A DNA stretch of 64,000 bases from Eledone cirrhosa (taxonomy: Eukaryota). Below the pieces are notes generated by a model. That model was not told where the DNA came from. It did not search any database and was given only the letters and a program-made list of their open reading frames with translations. This document shows positions 11,295 to 25,119 of this stretch, piece after piece. Each line of letters begins with the position of its first letter. The stretch's first letter is position 1. Location: NCBI GenBank assembly GCA_964016885.1, contig OZ024743.1, forward strand, positions 166,594,001-166,658,000, read 5' to 3'. The translations under genes and the position numbers were made by a program.

Positions 11295-13378
11295 TGTATG
11301 AGGATGGAGACATTGTTATGCTAGCAGGAGACTTCAATGGTCATGTTGGACAGTTCCAGGATAGTGACACTGGGGCACATGGTGGGCACGGTTACGGCTC
11401 AAGAAATGAAGGAGTGAGACTTCTTGAATTTTATGATGCAGTTACACTGACCCTTTGCAACACAAACTTCCAGAAACCTGCCAACCACCTAATAACCTAC
11501 AAATCAAGCAAGCACATAAGCCAGATTGACTTCTTACTAGTTAGGCAGCGGGACAGGCAGATGGTGTCAAATACTAAGGCATACCAGGGAAGAATGTACC
11601 CCACAGCATAGGTTAATCGTTAGTGACATCTCAGTAAGCAAGAGAAAGAATGAGACATACAGGAAGGTGTGGAAAAGAAAGGTCTTGAAGCTAAAAGACC
11701 TTTCATTAAAATATGAATTTAAGCAAAGCCCTTCAAGATGTGTATGACGAAAAGGAAGACGATTTAGAATCGTATGACATAGATGACAACTGGAATTTCT
11801 TGCGTGACAACTTACTGCAGGCTACTGAAGAAACTTGTGGTTGGGGCAGAGATTCAACCAGACAGAGAGTGACCTGGTGGTGGAACAGCAAGGTAGATAG
11901 GGCCATTAGAGACAAAAGACTAGCATGGAAGGCTTGGAAAAACGGTGGAAGAAGAGAAGGATACAGGGCCGCTAAGAAAGAAGAAAGAAGAAAGAAGCTA
12001 GATGTCAGGTGTACTTAGTACACAGTAGTCTGAGAGTAGGAGATTTGCCAATGTTCTACAACTGGAAGATCAGAGACGTGCGGTGTTCCGCATTGCAATG
12101 CAGTGTGTCAGTACAAATCAGGATGTTGTTGGAGATAAGTGTGTTCAGAATGATGCCGGTGTACTTAGTGTCACGAATGATCAAAAAAAGGAGGCCTGGA
12201 AATGTCATTATGAGAGACTGATCAATGTGGAGAACGAATGGGAGAGAGAGAAATTACCCTCAGTAGATCCGACCAGAGGGACCAGCTATTGAAATTGACG
12301 AATATAGAGTACAAGAAGCAATTAAGGAAATGAAGAATGGTAAGGCTGCTGGACCGTTGGGGATAGTTGCTGAGATGCAGAAGGCATCAGGAGAAGTAGG
12401 CACTAAACTAGTTGCACGCACCATCAATCAAGCTCTATGTGGTGGTGTCATACCCAAAGACTGGTGCAGCAGTATTCTCATAAATTGTTACAAAGGTAAA
12501 GGGGGTGCTCCAGAGAGGAGCAATTATAGGGGCATAAAGCTGATGGATCCCGGTTATGAAAGTGGCAGAGAGAATATTAGCAAGGTTCTTAGAGAAGAAT
12601 AACCCACTATACTTAGCTTTTGTTGACCTAGAGAAGGCCTTTGATAGGGTACCCCGTTCTGTCATATGGTGGTCCCTAAGAAAACTATGTGTTGAGGAAT
12701 GGCTTGTGAGGACAGTGCAAGCTGTGTACAGGGGTGCTATCAGTAAAGTCAGGGTAGAAATGGAGTTTAGTGAGGAATTCCAGATACAAGTAGGTGTACA
12801 TCAGGGTTCGGTCCTCAGCCCGCTCTTGTTCATTATAGTCCTCCAAGTCATAACAGAGGAGTTTAAGACTGGCTGCCCATGGGAACTTCTCTTTGCTGAT
12901 GATCTGGTTCTTATAGCAGAATCAGTAGAGAATGGCTATGGAAACAGCAGTTGGAATCAAGAGGCCTGAGAGTGAACATAGCTAGAACAATTAGGTTTAT
13001 AAGTAGAGGAGAGGACAATACTCTGATTCCATCGGGGAAATGGCCATGTTCGATATTTAGGAAAGGAACCGGCATAGATTCCTTAAAATGTAAGCAATGC
13101 AGATCTTGGGTTCACAAGAGATGTAGTGGGATAGCAGGCAAACTAACAGGTAGGGAAAACTACGTATGCAGTAGATGTACAGGGAAAGTTGGCAGTAGTA
13201 ATCGCAGTGATAGACACATTTTTTTCAATGCAGGTGGGTTCTATAGAAGTGGTGGATAGCTTCCGGTACCTAAGTGATCAGATTAGCATAGGAGGGGGTG
13301 TTCTGAGGCCATAGTATCTACAATAAGGATGGGTTGGAAGAAGTTTAGGGAGCTGCTTCCTCTGTTGACGAAGAGTTT
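11295..13378 (+). mobile_element. RTE-type LINE fragment (EN C-term, RT, PHD-like finger), frameshifted, truncated at both ends
   Basis: AGDFNGHVG, SQIDFLLV, NYRGIKL, FVDLEKAFDRV, GVHQGSVLSPLLF, LLFADD, WPCS..WVHKRCSG. Confidence 0.93.
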
Positions 13379-13412
13379 ATATATAAATATATATATATAT
13401 AAATAAATATAT

Positions 13413-13730
13413 GGAGGCACATGTCTTAGTGGTTAGAGCATTGGCCTTGCAATCGAAAGGTTGTGAGTTCAATTCTCAGACCGGGCGATGTGTTGTTTCC
13501 TTGAGCAAGGCACTTTATTTCACATTGCTCCAGTTTACTCAGCTGTAGAAATGAGATGAAAGGGACTGGGGTCCATATCATTCCACTGCAAAAAAGCACC
13601 CAGCACTCACTCTAAATGAGGTTGGTGTTAGGAAGGGCATCCAGCTGTAGAAATCAAGCCAGAATCAGTTCCCGTCCTACCCTTGCAAGCAGGGAAAAGT
13701 GGACGTAAAATGAAATGATGATGATGATGA
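13413..13730 (+). mobile_element. tRNA-derived SINE with RTE-LINE-derived 3' tail
   Basis: A-box-like TAGTGGTTAGAGC and B-box-like GAGTTCAATTC; tail GGTTGGTGTTAGGAAGGGCATCCAGCTGTAGAAA...GGACGTAAAATG(ATG)n shared with the LINE 3' ends. Confidence 0.88.
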
Positions 13731-13794
13731 TATATATATATATGTATAAATATATGTATATATATAAAAAAATATATATATATATATAAATATA

Positions 13795-14325
13795 TCATCA
13801 TCATCATCGTTTAACGTCCATTTTCCACGCTAGCATGGGTCTGGATGGGAATTGTCCCACTTGAGGCAAGATTGGTTGTCTTGCTCAGGACTGTCTGGCG
13901 GGTTTTCTACGGCTGGATGCCCTTCCTAACACCAACCACGTTTACAGAGTGGACTGAGAGGTTTTTACTGTGTTACCTACACGGCCACATTACAGCGTGG
14001 ACTGTGTGTTTTTTTGTCGTGACACCTACACGACCTCATTTGTTTCGGTACCAACATAACTTCACATTTAAAGGGGTGGTGTGGATGGGGTGGGGATAGT
14101 GGGACGGGGGTGTATTTTGTTAGAGGTGCCTACTGACTGTAGGTTTCGCTTTGTACTTAGGCAAGGCGGGTCTTCTGTATAACTGTGTAGCGCCAAAGAT
14201 CTCAGTCCAGTGACATTGTCTTGGAGAGGTGTAAATGTGTGAGGTCAGAATTTATCAAGTCGTCCCAGGTTTTTCTGGGTCTGCCTACTTGATGGCTACT
14301 GTCTATTTTTATCGCCCTGCACTTA
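13795..14325 (-). mobile_element. RTE LINE 3' end (subfamily of 20871-23750)
   Basis: Reverse complement matches 23230-23750 including the 3' UTR and (GAT)n tail. Confidence 0.85.
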
Positions 14326-14336
14326 TATATATAAAA

Positions 14337-14365
<29 letters not shown>

Positions 14366-14368
<3 letters not shown>

Positions 14369-14438
14369 AATCATGTCCTTAGAATTATTAGATAAAATAT
14401 ATACCATATTATCTAATAATTCTAAGGACATGATTTAT
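14366..14438. repeat. Perfect 30-bp inverted repeat next to (TA)n
   Basis: ATAAATCATGTCCTTAGAATTATTAGATAA ... TTATCTAATAATTCTAAGGACATGATTTAT. Confidence 0.9.
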
Positions 14439-15420
14439 GATATATTTGCTCTGATTATTTAATTTAATAATTCTTCATTGAGCCACAACGTGACCGGTTG
14501 CAACATATATATCTATGACTTTATGTATATGTAAATCTTTATATATATATATATGTGATTTGTCTAAACATTGCATCACAGAGGCAATAAACATAAATGA
14601 ACTCCAACCAAGATTAAATAGAAAATATGAATGGAACAGCAACATCACAACTTACAATTAAGGATAAATCGAAAACACACACGCACATAGAACAAACAAC
14701 CAACCAGTAACATGTAAATAAACAAATATAAAGACACACAGACACCCGGATATAACACATGTGCAAACTAAGCACACAACTCACACAAAAACGAGATGGC
14801 GTAGGACAGAACAAAGGAGAGGCACAAAAACAAAGAAAAGAATCCCCAGTCACTGAAGAGGTCACAGAATGTGTGACGAAAGAACTTTGACAATATATAA
14901 ACAATCATCTGGTTGTGGAACCAACCAACCAATCAACCAACCGGAAATTTATAAATTTATTATAATAATTTGAAGTGAAAGCAACTGGTGCGTGTGTTTC
15001 TTATTGGCAACACGACCCTCCCAAAGTATAACAATATCGGTTTCAACACACGTTTTCAGATAAAGAATCTTGCTAAACAAATTCAGAAACGAAATATATA
15101 TATATATATATACAAATATATAAGCACCCAGCACTCACTGTAAATAAGGTTGGTGTAGAAATCAAGCCAAATCAGTTCCTGTATGAGCAAGGCATGTGCA
15201 GCCGACCAGACACTGCCCACAACAGGACAACCGGTCTCACCCATGCTAGCGTGGAAGAAGGAACGTAAAACGGTGATGATGACGATGATGATATAATTAT
15301 ATATATAAATATATATATATTTATATATAAATATATATAAATATATCCCGGAGTCTTCCAACAGTAATGGTTGCATTTTGTAAGGGTATGTCAATATTTA
15401 TTTATAAAACCGATATATAT

Positions 15421-15490
15421 TGTATTTTGTCTGATGAAAGCATACCATAATTAAACATGGTGTCCTTGAAATATGTATAATAAAATATAT
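15421..15490 (+). ncRNA. Type I hammerhead ribozyme (PLE pLTR family, variant 2)
   Basis: Stem I TGTATTTTGT/ATAAAATATA, CTGATGA, stem II AAG..ACCAT/ATGGT..CTT, GAAA, TATGTA, TA cleavage site. Confidence 0.8.
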
Positions 15491-15526
15491 ATGGTTTTAT
15501 AAATATAGTTTCGATTTGTTAATATC

Positions 15527-16148
15527 GTATATAAATATATATATATATATTTATATATATAAATATATTTATATATATATAAATATATTTATATATATAT
15601 AAATATATTTATATATATAAATATATATATATATATATTTATATATATAAATATATATATATATATATTTATATATATAAATATATAAATATATATTTAT
15701 ATATAAATATATATTTATATATAAATATATATAAATATATATATAAATATATATATATATTTATATATATATATATATAAATTTATATATAAATATATAT
15801 ATAAATATATATATATATTTATATATATAAATATATAAATATATTTATATATTTATATATATAAATATATAAATATATATAAATATATAAATATATATAT
15901 ATATAAATATATAAATATATATATATATAAATATATAAATATATATATATAAATATATAAATATATAAATATAAATATATAAATATATATATAAATATAT
16001 AAATATATATATAAATATATAAATATATATATAAATATATATATATATATATTTATATATATAAATATATATATAAATATATATATATATATATTTATAT
16101 ATATAAATATATATATAAATATATATATATATATATTTATATATATAA

Positions 16149-16191
<43 letters not shown>

Positions 16192-16376
16192 TATAAATAT
16201 ATATATATATATATAAATATAAATATATAAATATATATATAAATATATAAATATATATATAAATATATATATATATATATTTATATATATAAATATATAT
16301 ATAAATATATATATATATATATTTATATATATAAATATATATATAAATATATATATATATATATTTATATATATAA

Positions 16377-16421
<45 letters not shown>

Positions 16422-16500
16422 TATATATAAATATATATATATATATAAATATATATATAAATATATATATAAATATATATATATATATTTATATATATAA

Positions 16501-16545
<45 letters not shown>

Positions 16546-16766
16546 TATATATATATTTATATATATAAATATATAAATATATATATATATTTATATATAT
16601 AAATATATATATATATTTATATATATATATATATATTTATATATATTTATATATATATTTATATATATTTATATATATATTTATATATAAATATATATAA
16701 ATATAAATATATATATATATTTATATATATATTTATATATATTTATATATATATTTATATATAAAT

Positions 16767-16799
<33 letters not shown>

Positions 16800-16835
16800 T
16801 AAATATATATATATAAATATATATATATAAATATA

Positions 16836-16875
<40 letters not shown>

Positions 16876-16884
16876 AATATATAT
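15527..16884. repeat. Long imperfect (TA)n tract
   Basis: About 1.35 kb composed of A/T only. Confidence 0.98.
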
Positions 16885-16920
16885 GATATTAAATAAATGG
16901 AAACTATATTTATAAAACCA

Positions 16921-16995
16921 TATTTATTTCATTATATATATTTCAGGGATATCATATTAACAATATGTTATGCCTTCATCAGACAAAATACAATA
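16921..16995 (-). ncRNA. Type I hammerhead ribozyme, intact core, sense to calnexin pre-mRNA
   Basis: TATTGTATTTTGT-CTGATGA-AGG..CATATT/AATATG..CCT-GAAA-TATATA-TA-ATGAAATAAATA. Confidence 0.8.
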
Positions 16996-19235
16996 TAAAC
17001 AGTCTTATAAATAAATAGATATGACATACCTTTCAATCGACTTGCATTTGGGAGGTTGATTTGGCAGTAAAAAATATTGTGGACAGTTGTAAAAAGAAAG
17101 AGAGAAAGAAAGAAAGAAAGAAAAAGAAGAAAAAGAAGAAATGCATGTGACTAAATAGAGAGATATATAAAGATAGATAAAGAGAAGAACTTCATGTAAA
17201 GGAACAGAGAGAGATATATAGAGAGAGGAAAAAAAAGAGATAGATAGAGATAGATAGAGAAACTAGGTAGTTGAGTATCAGTTGATACATTTATTTATTT
17301 ATTTATTTAGCTCTAGTATAAATGTAAAGAGAGATGTATGTAGTTAAGAGAGAAAATAGCCGTTATATAGAGAGAAAAAAGAGAAAATGAAAAAGAGAAA
17401 ATGAAAAATAACCAGACATAAACGAGGCAGAATTTAAAAAACGCTATGTTTCATCATGTAGAAAATATTAGTTCGTATAAAACAGGCATTATAATGTAAA
17501 TATCAGTATTCATGAATGAGACATGTATCTATAATGTGTGAAAAGTAATGATCTTATGTCTAGTTTTTAAAAATTCATATGTTTATATCATAATTATAAA
17601 CAAACTCCCAATTCACACGAAAACATTCTCATTGTGCTATAAAAATTCAAGTATACATATATGTGTGTATATATACACATATATATAGAGTCTATATTAA
17701 TTTTAACAATACTATTCTTGTCTTTACTCTACATGATTGTCGATCAAGTAGAAATAGAGAACAGATTTCAATATATTAATAAAAATAAAAATAAAAATAT
17801 CAGAGACAAGAAAATAAATAAATAAACAGAAAACTAAAACATTTAATATTAAAAATAATAAAAATAAAACATAGTATGCCACGCAAATCGGCCACAAAAA
17901 AAATCAGCCTTTCAGAGTTAATTGACAATATATTGCCAAGTTCATCATAAGCATCAGAGTCAAAACAGATAAAACAAAAATTATTTACCAAATCCTGTCT
18001 AGCAGAAATCATTCCAAAAGTTTAGGATACCCATTTGGTCTACATATGTTCTTATATTTAATATAGAAGTTTATCTAGTGTAAAATTTAATTCGATATAT
18101 TTGGAGCATCAGCTTTTAGGGTAGTTTAATTATTCATGAAGAATGTTTTAATAAAAAGAAGAAATCGAAAGATTTATCGGCTAGTTTCATAAATAATTAC
18201 AAACCAAATCAAACATAACTACATTTTAAATTTAAATTTATACTTAAACGTTGAGTTTAATCTATGTCTGCAGCAACTGAATAAATTTGTCCGTAGATTA
18301 AGGGAATTTTTAGATTTTAGTATAAAGAATATCTCCTCCGCACAGAGGTCACATGTCTCAGAGGATGAATTAAAAGGAATCCCTCTTGAAACTATATTCC
18401 AAGTCGTCGAATATCTAACGTTATCATGCCTAAGTTGCCAGAGTACGCCTGATAGTGCTGTTGAAGATTTTTTGGATGGATCTGTTTTATTTTTATTTTT
18501 ATTTATTGTTATTTTTATTTTTATTAATATATTGAAATCTGTTCTCTATTTCTGCTTGATCGACAATCATGTAGAGTAAAGACAAGAATAGTATTGTTAA
18601 AATTAATATAGACTCTATATATATGTGTATATATACACACATATATGTATACTTGAATTTTTATAGCACAATGAGAATGTTTTCGTGTGAATTGGGAGTT
18701 TGTTTATAATTATGATATAAACATATGAATTTTTAAAAACTAGACATAAGATCATTACTTTTCACACATTATAGATACATGTCTCATTCATGAATACTGA
18801 TATTTACATTATAATGCCTGTTTTATACGAACTAATATTTTCTACATGATGAAACATAGCGTTTTTTAAATTCTGCCTCGTTTATGTCTGGTTATTTTTC
18901 ATTTTCTCTTTTTTCTCTGTTAACTACATACATCTCTCTTTACATTTATACTAGAGCTAAATAAATAAATAAATAAATGTATCAACTGATACTCAACTAC
19001 CTAGTTTCTCTATCTATCTCTTTCTTTTTTTCCTCTCTCTATATATCTCTCTCTGTTCCTTTACATGAAGTTCTTCTCTTTATCTATCTTTATATATCTC
19101 TCTATTTAGTCACATGCATTTCTTCTTTTTCTTTCTTTCTCTCTTTCTTTTTACAACTGTCCACAATATTTTTTACTGCCAAATCAACCTCCCAAATGCA
19201 AGTCGATTGAAAGGTATGTCATATCTATTTATTTA

Positions 19236-19310
19236 TATTGTATTTTGTCTGATGAAGGCATAACATATTGTTAATATGATATCCCTGAAATATATATAAT
19301 GAAATAAATA
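19236..19310 (+). ncRNA. Type I hammerhead ribozyme, intact core
   Basis: Same motif as 16921-16995 in the inverted arm. Confidence 0.8.
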
Positions 19311-19459
19311 TGGTTTTATAAATATAGTTTCCATTTATTTAATATCATAAATATACTCCAAATACTTGTTGAGTGCTTTTATATCAGTTATAAATATTTA
19401 CTCGTTGTTAACCCAACAATTTAAATATAACTTTCCATATATAAATATATATATATTTT

Positions 19460-19971
19460 TCCGTATCATTTTTTCCGTTTATCGTTTTTGGTGCACGCGG
19501 CCGATTAACCCACTCGATATGCAAATTGGGCTACTCAGCCGTTAATATGCATAAGGTAAGTATATACGTTTAACAATCTGGCAGGAAGGTATACGTTGCT
19601 GACAATAGCTAATAAGCTTGAAACTAGTACAGCGTTCCTTTGTCAGTGTTGAACAAACGAGCAACGATGGTTGCTGGACACTACGGCTTAATACGGGATG
19701 TTTGTTTACAAACACACCGAGCATTATAATAAATGTTCGGTGAATCCATACTTACATATATATATGTGTGCATGTATGTATATATATATACATACTACTG
19801 TACGTTTGTATACATATATGTATGTACGTGTACATACTTATATTTAAGTAACAGCCGTACTACGAGTGGGAAATGAAATTTCGTTTAATTTTTTACTTAC
19901 AGTAGTATGTATATATATATATACATACATACATGCACACATATATATATATGTACGTATGGATTCACCGA

Positions 19972-19972
<1 letters not shown>
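19460..19972. repeat. Unclassified interspersed repeat (inverted homolog at 61022-61432) with terminal fold-back 19736-19802 / 19898-19972
   Basis: About 400-bp near-identical inverted copy at 61022-61432; the ORF-track peptides of the two copies match. Confidence 0.8.
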
Positions 19973-20870
<898 letters not shown>

Positions 20871-23750
20871 AACGAGGAAGGCTCCAGAATCCTGGAATTC
20901 TGTGATGCAAATAACCTAACTATCTGTAACACTAACTTCAAAAAACGAGACAATCACTTGATCACCTACACATCAGGGGAACATACCAGCCAGGTAGATT
21001 ATATCCTTACCAGAAGACGTGACAGAGTGTCTGTTGTAAACACTAAATCCCTCCCCCATGAAGAATGCACCTCCCAACATAGACTGATAATTAGCCACCT
21101 CATAGTCAGGACGAGACGTACAAGACAGCAGAAGTGGACTATCCTCAGGAGAAAAATATGGAAGCTAAAGGACCCCACAGCCAGAAATAAATTTAAAAGC
21201 ATATTACTTGATGCTTTCGACAGTAAGGAAGAGCAATTAGAGTCGTACAATATAGAAGAACAGTGGGAATTCCTGAAAGTAAACCAGCCGATGGTGGCAG
21301 ACGAAGTCTGTGGCTGGAGCAGGCCTGTAGGCAGGAGGAGAGTAACATGGTGGTGGAACAGTAAGGTGGAGGAGTCAATTAAAGCCAAAAAGCAGGCTTG
21401 GAAAGTATGGCAGGATGGGGGAAGTAGAGAAGACTATCAAGTGGCCAGGAGGGAAGCTAGGAGACAAGTGTACTTCGCAAGAAGGGAAGCAGAGGAAAGA
21501 AAATTCAAGCATGTTCTACAACGCGAGGACCAAAAATCTGAGGTGTTCAGGATTGCTAGGCAATGTGTCAAGGAAAACCGTGATATTGTCGGGGAGAAGT
21601 GTGTACTTAATGATGATGGCGTACTTGCCATCACTGACGCTGATAAGAAGGTAGCTTGGAAGTGTCACTACGAAAGGCTACTAAATGAGGAGAATAAATG
21701 GGAGAAAGACAGTCTCCCCCACATCAACCAATAGAGGGACCAGCAGTGTTAGTCGAAGGTAGTATAATAAGTAAGGCAATCAAAGATATGAAGACGGGTA
21801 AGGCGGCTGGGCCTTTGGAAATAGTTGCTGAGATGCTGAAAGCCTCTGGAACGGTGGGACACACCATGGTCATCCGGATAGTAAACCAAGTCATACAGAA
21901 TGGGGTTGTTCCGAAGGACTGGCGCAGCAGCATCATCATTAACTGTTACAAGGGTAAAGGAGATGCCCTAGATAGGAGTAACTATAGAGGCATTAAATTA
22001 ATCGACCAGGTCATGAAGGTCATGGAAAAAGTAATAGCGCAACTAATCAGAGAGAGAATTGATCTAGATGAAATGCAGTTCGGGTTTGTGTAAGGCAAAA
22101 GTACCACAGACGCTCTTTTCATTGTACGACAACTACAGGAGAAGTACCTAGCTAAAAGTAAACCCCTATACTTAGCTTTTGTCGACTTGGAGAAAGCCTT
22201 CGACAGAGTCCCCCGTTCCATTATCTGGTGGTCTCTTAGAAAACTAGGTGTTGATGAATGGCTTGTGAGAGCTATACAAGCCATGTATAAAGAAACAGTC
22301 AGCAAGGTTAGAATTAACGAATATAGTGAAGAGTTTAGCGTAAAAGCTGGTGTTCATCAGGGCTCTGTTGTTAGCCCCCTACTATTTATTATTGCCCTTC
22401 AGGCTATAACAATGGAGTTCAAGACCGGCTGTCAATGGGAACTCCTATACGCAGATGATCTAACGCTCATAGCTGAATCAATGGCCGAGCTAGAGAAGAA
22501 ATTCCAAACATGGAAGCATGGCCTAGAATCAAAAGGCCTTAAAATTAACCTGGCTAAGACTAAAGTTCTAGTTTCTAGGAAAGAAAATAAGGCGCCGGTC
22601 TCTTCCGGGAAATGGCCATGCTCAGTGTGTAGGAAAGGCGTAGGTAGAAACTCCATTTTAGTCCCAAATGCAAAGTATGGGTGCATAAAAGATGTAGTGG
22701 AATCACAGGTAAGCTAACTAAGAACATAGATTTTACATGTGGCCGGTGCTCTGGTGCAATAAGTAGCAGCAAGTGCCCACAAAATACTAGCTCTTTCAAT
22801 TGCGCAGAGGGTTCTATAGAAATAGTGGACAGCTTCCGTTACCTGGGTGACAAAATCAGCAGTGGGGGAGGGTGCTCTGAAAGTACAGTAGCTAGAGTCA
22901 GAACTGGATGGAAAAAGTTCAGAGAGCTTATACCACTATTAGCCGCTAAAGGGTTCTCCCTAAAAATGAAAAGCAGGCTGTATGATGCCTGCATACGAAC
23001 AGCAATGTTGCATGGCAGTGAGACCTGGGCATTGTGTGCAGAGGATATACGCAGACTAGAGAGGAACGAAGCTTGCATGCTCCGCTGGATGTGCAATAGT
23101 AATATACGTGAACGGCAAAGCATAAACGAACTAAGGGAAAAATTAGAAATAAGAGGGATCAGATGTTTACTCGAGAGAAGGCTACGTTGGTATGGTCACA
23201 TGATGCGCATGAAAGACAGCTGTATAAAAAAGTGCAGGGCAATAAAGATAGACGGTAGCCACGGAGTAGGTAGACCCAGAAAAACCTGGGACGACCTGAT
23301 AAATTCCGACCTCACACACTTACACCTCTCCAAGACAATATCACTGGACCGAGATCTTTGGCGGTACTCAGTAATAGAGAAGACCTGCCTTACCTAAATA
23401 CAAAGTAAAACCTACTACAGTCAGTAAGCATCTCTAAAAAAATACACCCCCGTCCCATTCAATGTAAAGTTATGTTGGTGCCTCAACATCCAGGCCGAAA
23501 CAAATGAGATCGTGTAGGTGTCACGACAAAAAACACACAGTCCACGCTGTAATGTGGCCGTGTAGGCAACACGGTAAAAACCTCCCAGTCCCACACTGTA
23601 AATGTGGTTGGTGTTAGGAAGGGCATCCAGCTGTAGAAAACCCGCCAGACAGTCCTATGCGAGCAAGACAACCACTCTTGCCTCAAGTGGGAAAACTCCC
23701 GTCCAAACCCATGCAAGCGTGGAACATGGACGTTAAACGATGATGATGAT
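20871..23750 (+). mobile_element. RTE-type LINE, 5'-truncated, with few disablements
   Basis: EN C-term (SQVDYIL), RT (LLYADD), PHD-like finger, LRWYGH, GRPRKTW, 3' UTR and (GAT)n tail. Confidence 0.95.
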
Positions 23751-23929
23751 AAATATATAAATATATATATAAATACATATATATAAATAAATATATATAA
23801 ATAAATAAATATATATAAATAAATAAATATATATAAATAAATAAATATATATAAATAAATATATATATATAAATATATATATATAAATATATATATATAA
23901 ATATATATATAAATATATAAATATATATT

Positions 23930-24200
23930 ACCAAATCAACTTTTTAAATGGAAGTTGAAGTGTAAGGTATGTCAAATCTATCTATTTATAAGACTGTTTA
24001 TATTGTATTTTGTCTGATGAAGGCATACCATATTTTTAATATGATATCCCTGAAATATATATAATGAAATAAATATGGTTTTATAAATATAGTTTCCATT
24101 TATTTAATATCGTAAATATACTCCAAATACTTGTTGAGTGCTTTTATATCAGTTATAAATATTTACTCGTTGTAACCCAACAATTTAAATAAAACTTTGC
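23930..24200 (+). mobile_element. Solo PLE pLTR with intact hammerhead at 24001-24075
   Basis: Matches 19180-19440; flanked by (TA)n on both sides. A minus-strand end fragment lies at 56913-57010. Confidence 0.8.
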
Positions 24201-24250
24201 ATATATAAATATATATATATAAATATATATATATAAATATATATATAAAT

Positions 24251-24463
24251 ATTATTGTTGGAAGACTCCGGGATAGACTATCCCGGAGTCTTCCAACAAT
24301 AATGGTTGCATTTTGTAAGGGTATGTCAATATTTATTTATAAAACTGTTATATATTGTATTTTGTCTAATGAAAGCATACCATAATTTAACATGGTATCC
24401 TTGAAATATGTATAATAAAATAGATATGGTTTTATAAATATAGTTTCCATTTGCTAATATCGT
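24251..24463 (+). mobile_element. PLE pLTR variant 2 with 26-bp 5' fold-back and mutated hammerhead core (CTAATGA)
   Basis: Perfect palindrome 24251-24303; the remainder matches 15345-15527. Confidence 0.8.
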
Positions 24464-24729
24464 ATATAAATATAAATATATATATAAATATATAATATAT
24501 ATATAAATATATAATATATATATAAATATATAATATATATATAAATATATAATATATATATAAATATATAATATATATATAAATATATAATATATATATA
24601 AATATATAATATATATAAATATATAATATATATAAACATATATATATATATATAAACATATATATATAAATATATAAATATATAAATATATAATATATAA
24701 ATATATAAATATATATATATACACATATA

Positions 24730-25102
24730 AAGGCGATGACACACTACTGTGACCTCTGGCATCACGCAGTAATACAGAGTACCCGACCTCCCATGGGTAC
24801 AAGCTGAAGCATATAGACAATATGCCCCCACACCCACCCACCGCAAGGTGGTCGATGAGGTGCCACGGCAAAACAGCACCCAGCCCACACTGTAAAGTGG
24901 ACGTGTAGGCGCCACGGAAATATCACCCACCACCACACTGTAAATGAGGTTGGTGTTAGGAAGGGTATCCAGCTGTAGAAATCAAGCTAAAATCAGTTCC
25001 TGTATGAGCAAGGCATGTGCAACCGACCAGATACTGCCCACAACAGGACAACCTGTCTAACCCATGCTAGCATGGAAGAACGGACGTAAAATGGTGATGA
25101 TG
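24730..25102 (+). mobile_element. RTE LINE 3' end (subfamily of 44900-48305); shorter tails at 10022-10225, 15125-15290 and 35345-35630 (-)
   Basis: Matches 47927-48305. Confidence 0.85.
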
Positions 25103-25119
25103 ATATATATATATATATA

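Larger units (their letters stand above)
16884..19440 (-). mobile_element. 5'-truncated Penelope-like element with inverted pseudo-LTR (arms about 16884-17797 / 18505-19346)
   Basis: Minus strand 18230-18467 encodes a GIY-YIG C-terminus (STALSGVLWQLR...W.IVSR..PFN....CDLCAEE....LN.R..LFSCCRHR); about 0.9-kb near-identical inverted arms, each ending in a hammerhead. Confidence 0.85.

Noticed and set aside
13413-13490. Possible tRNA gene
   Set aside because: No clean cloverleaf or acceptor stem; it continues into a SINE body and LINE tail and occurs in multiple copies.
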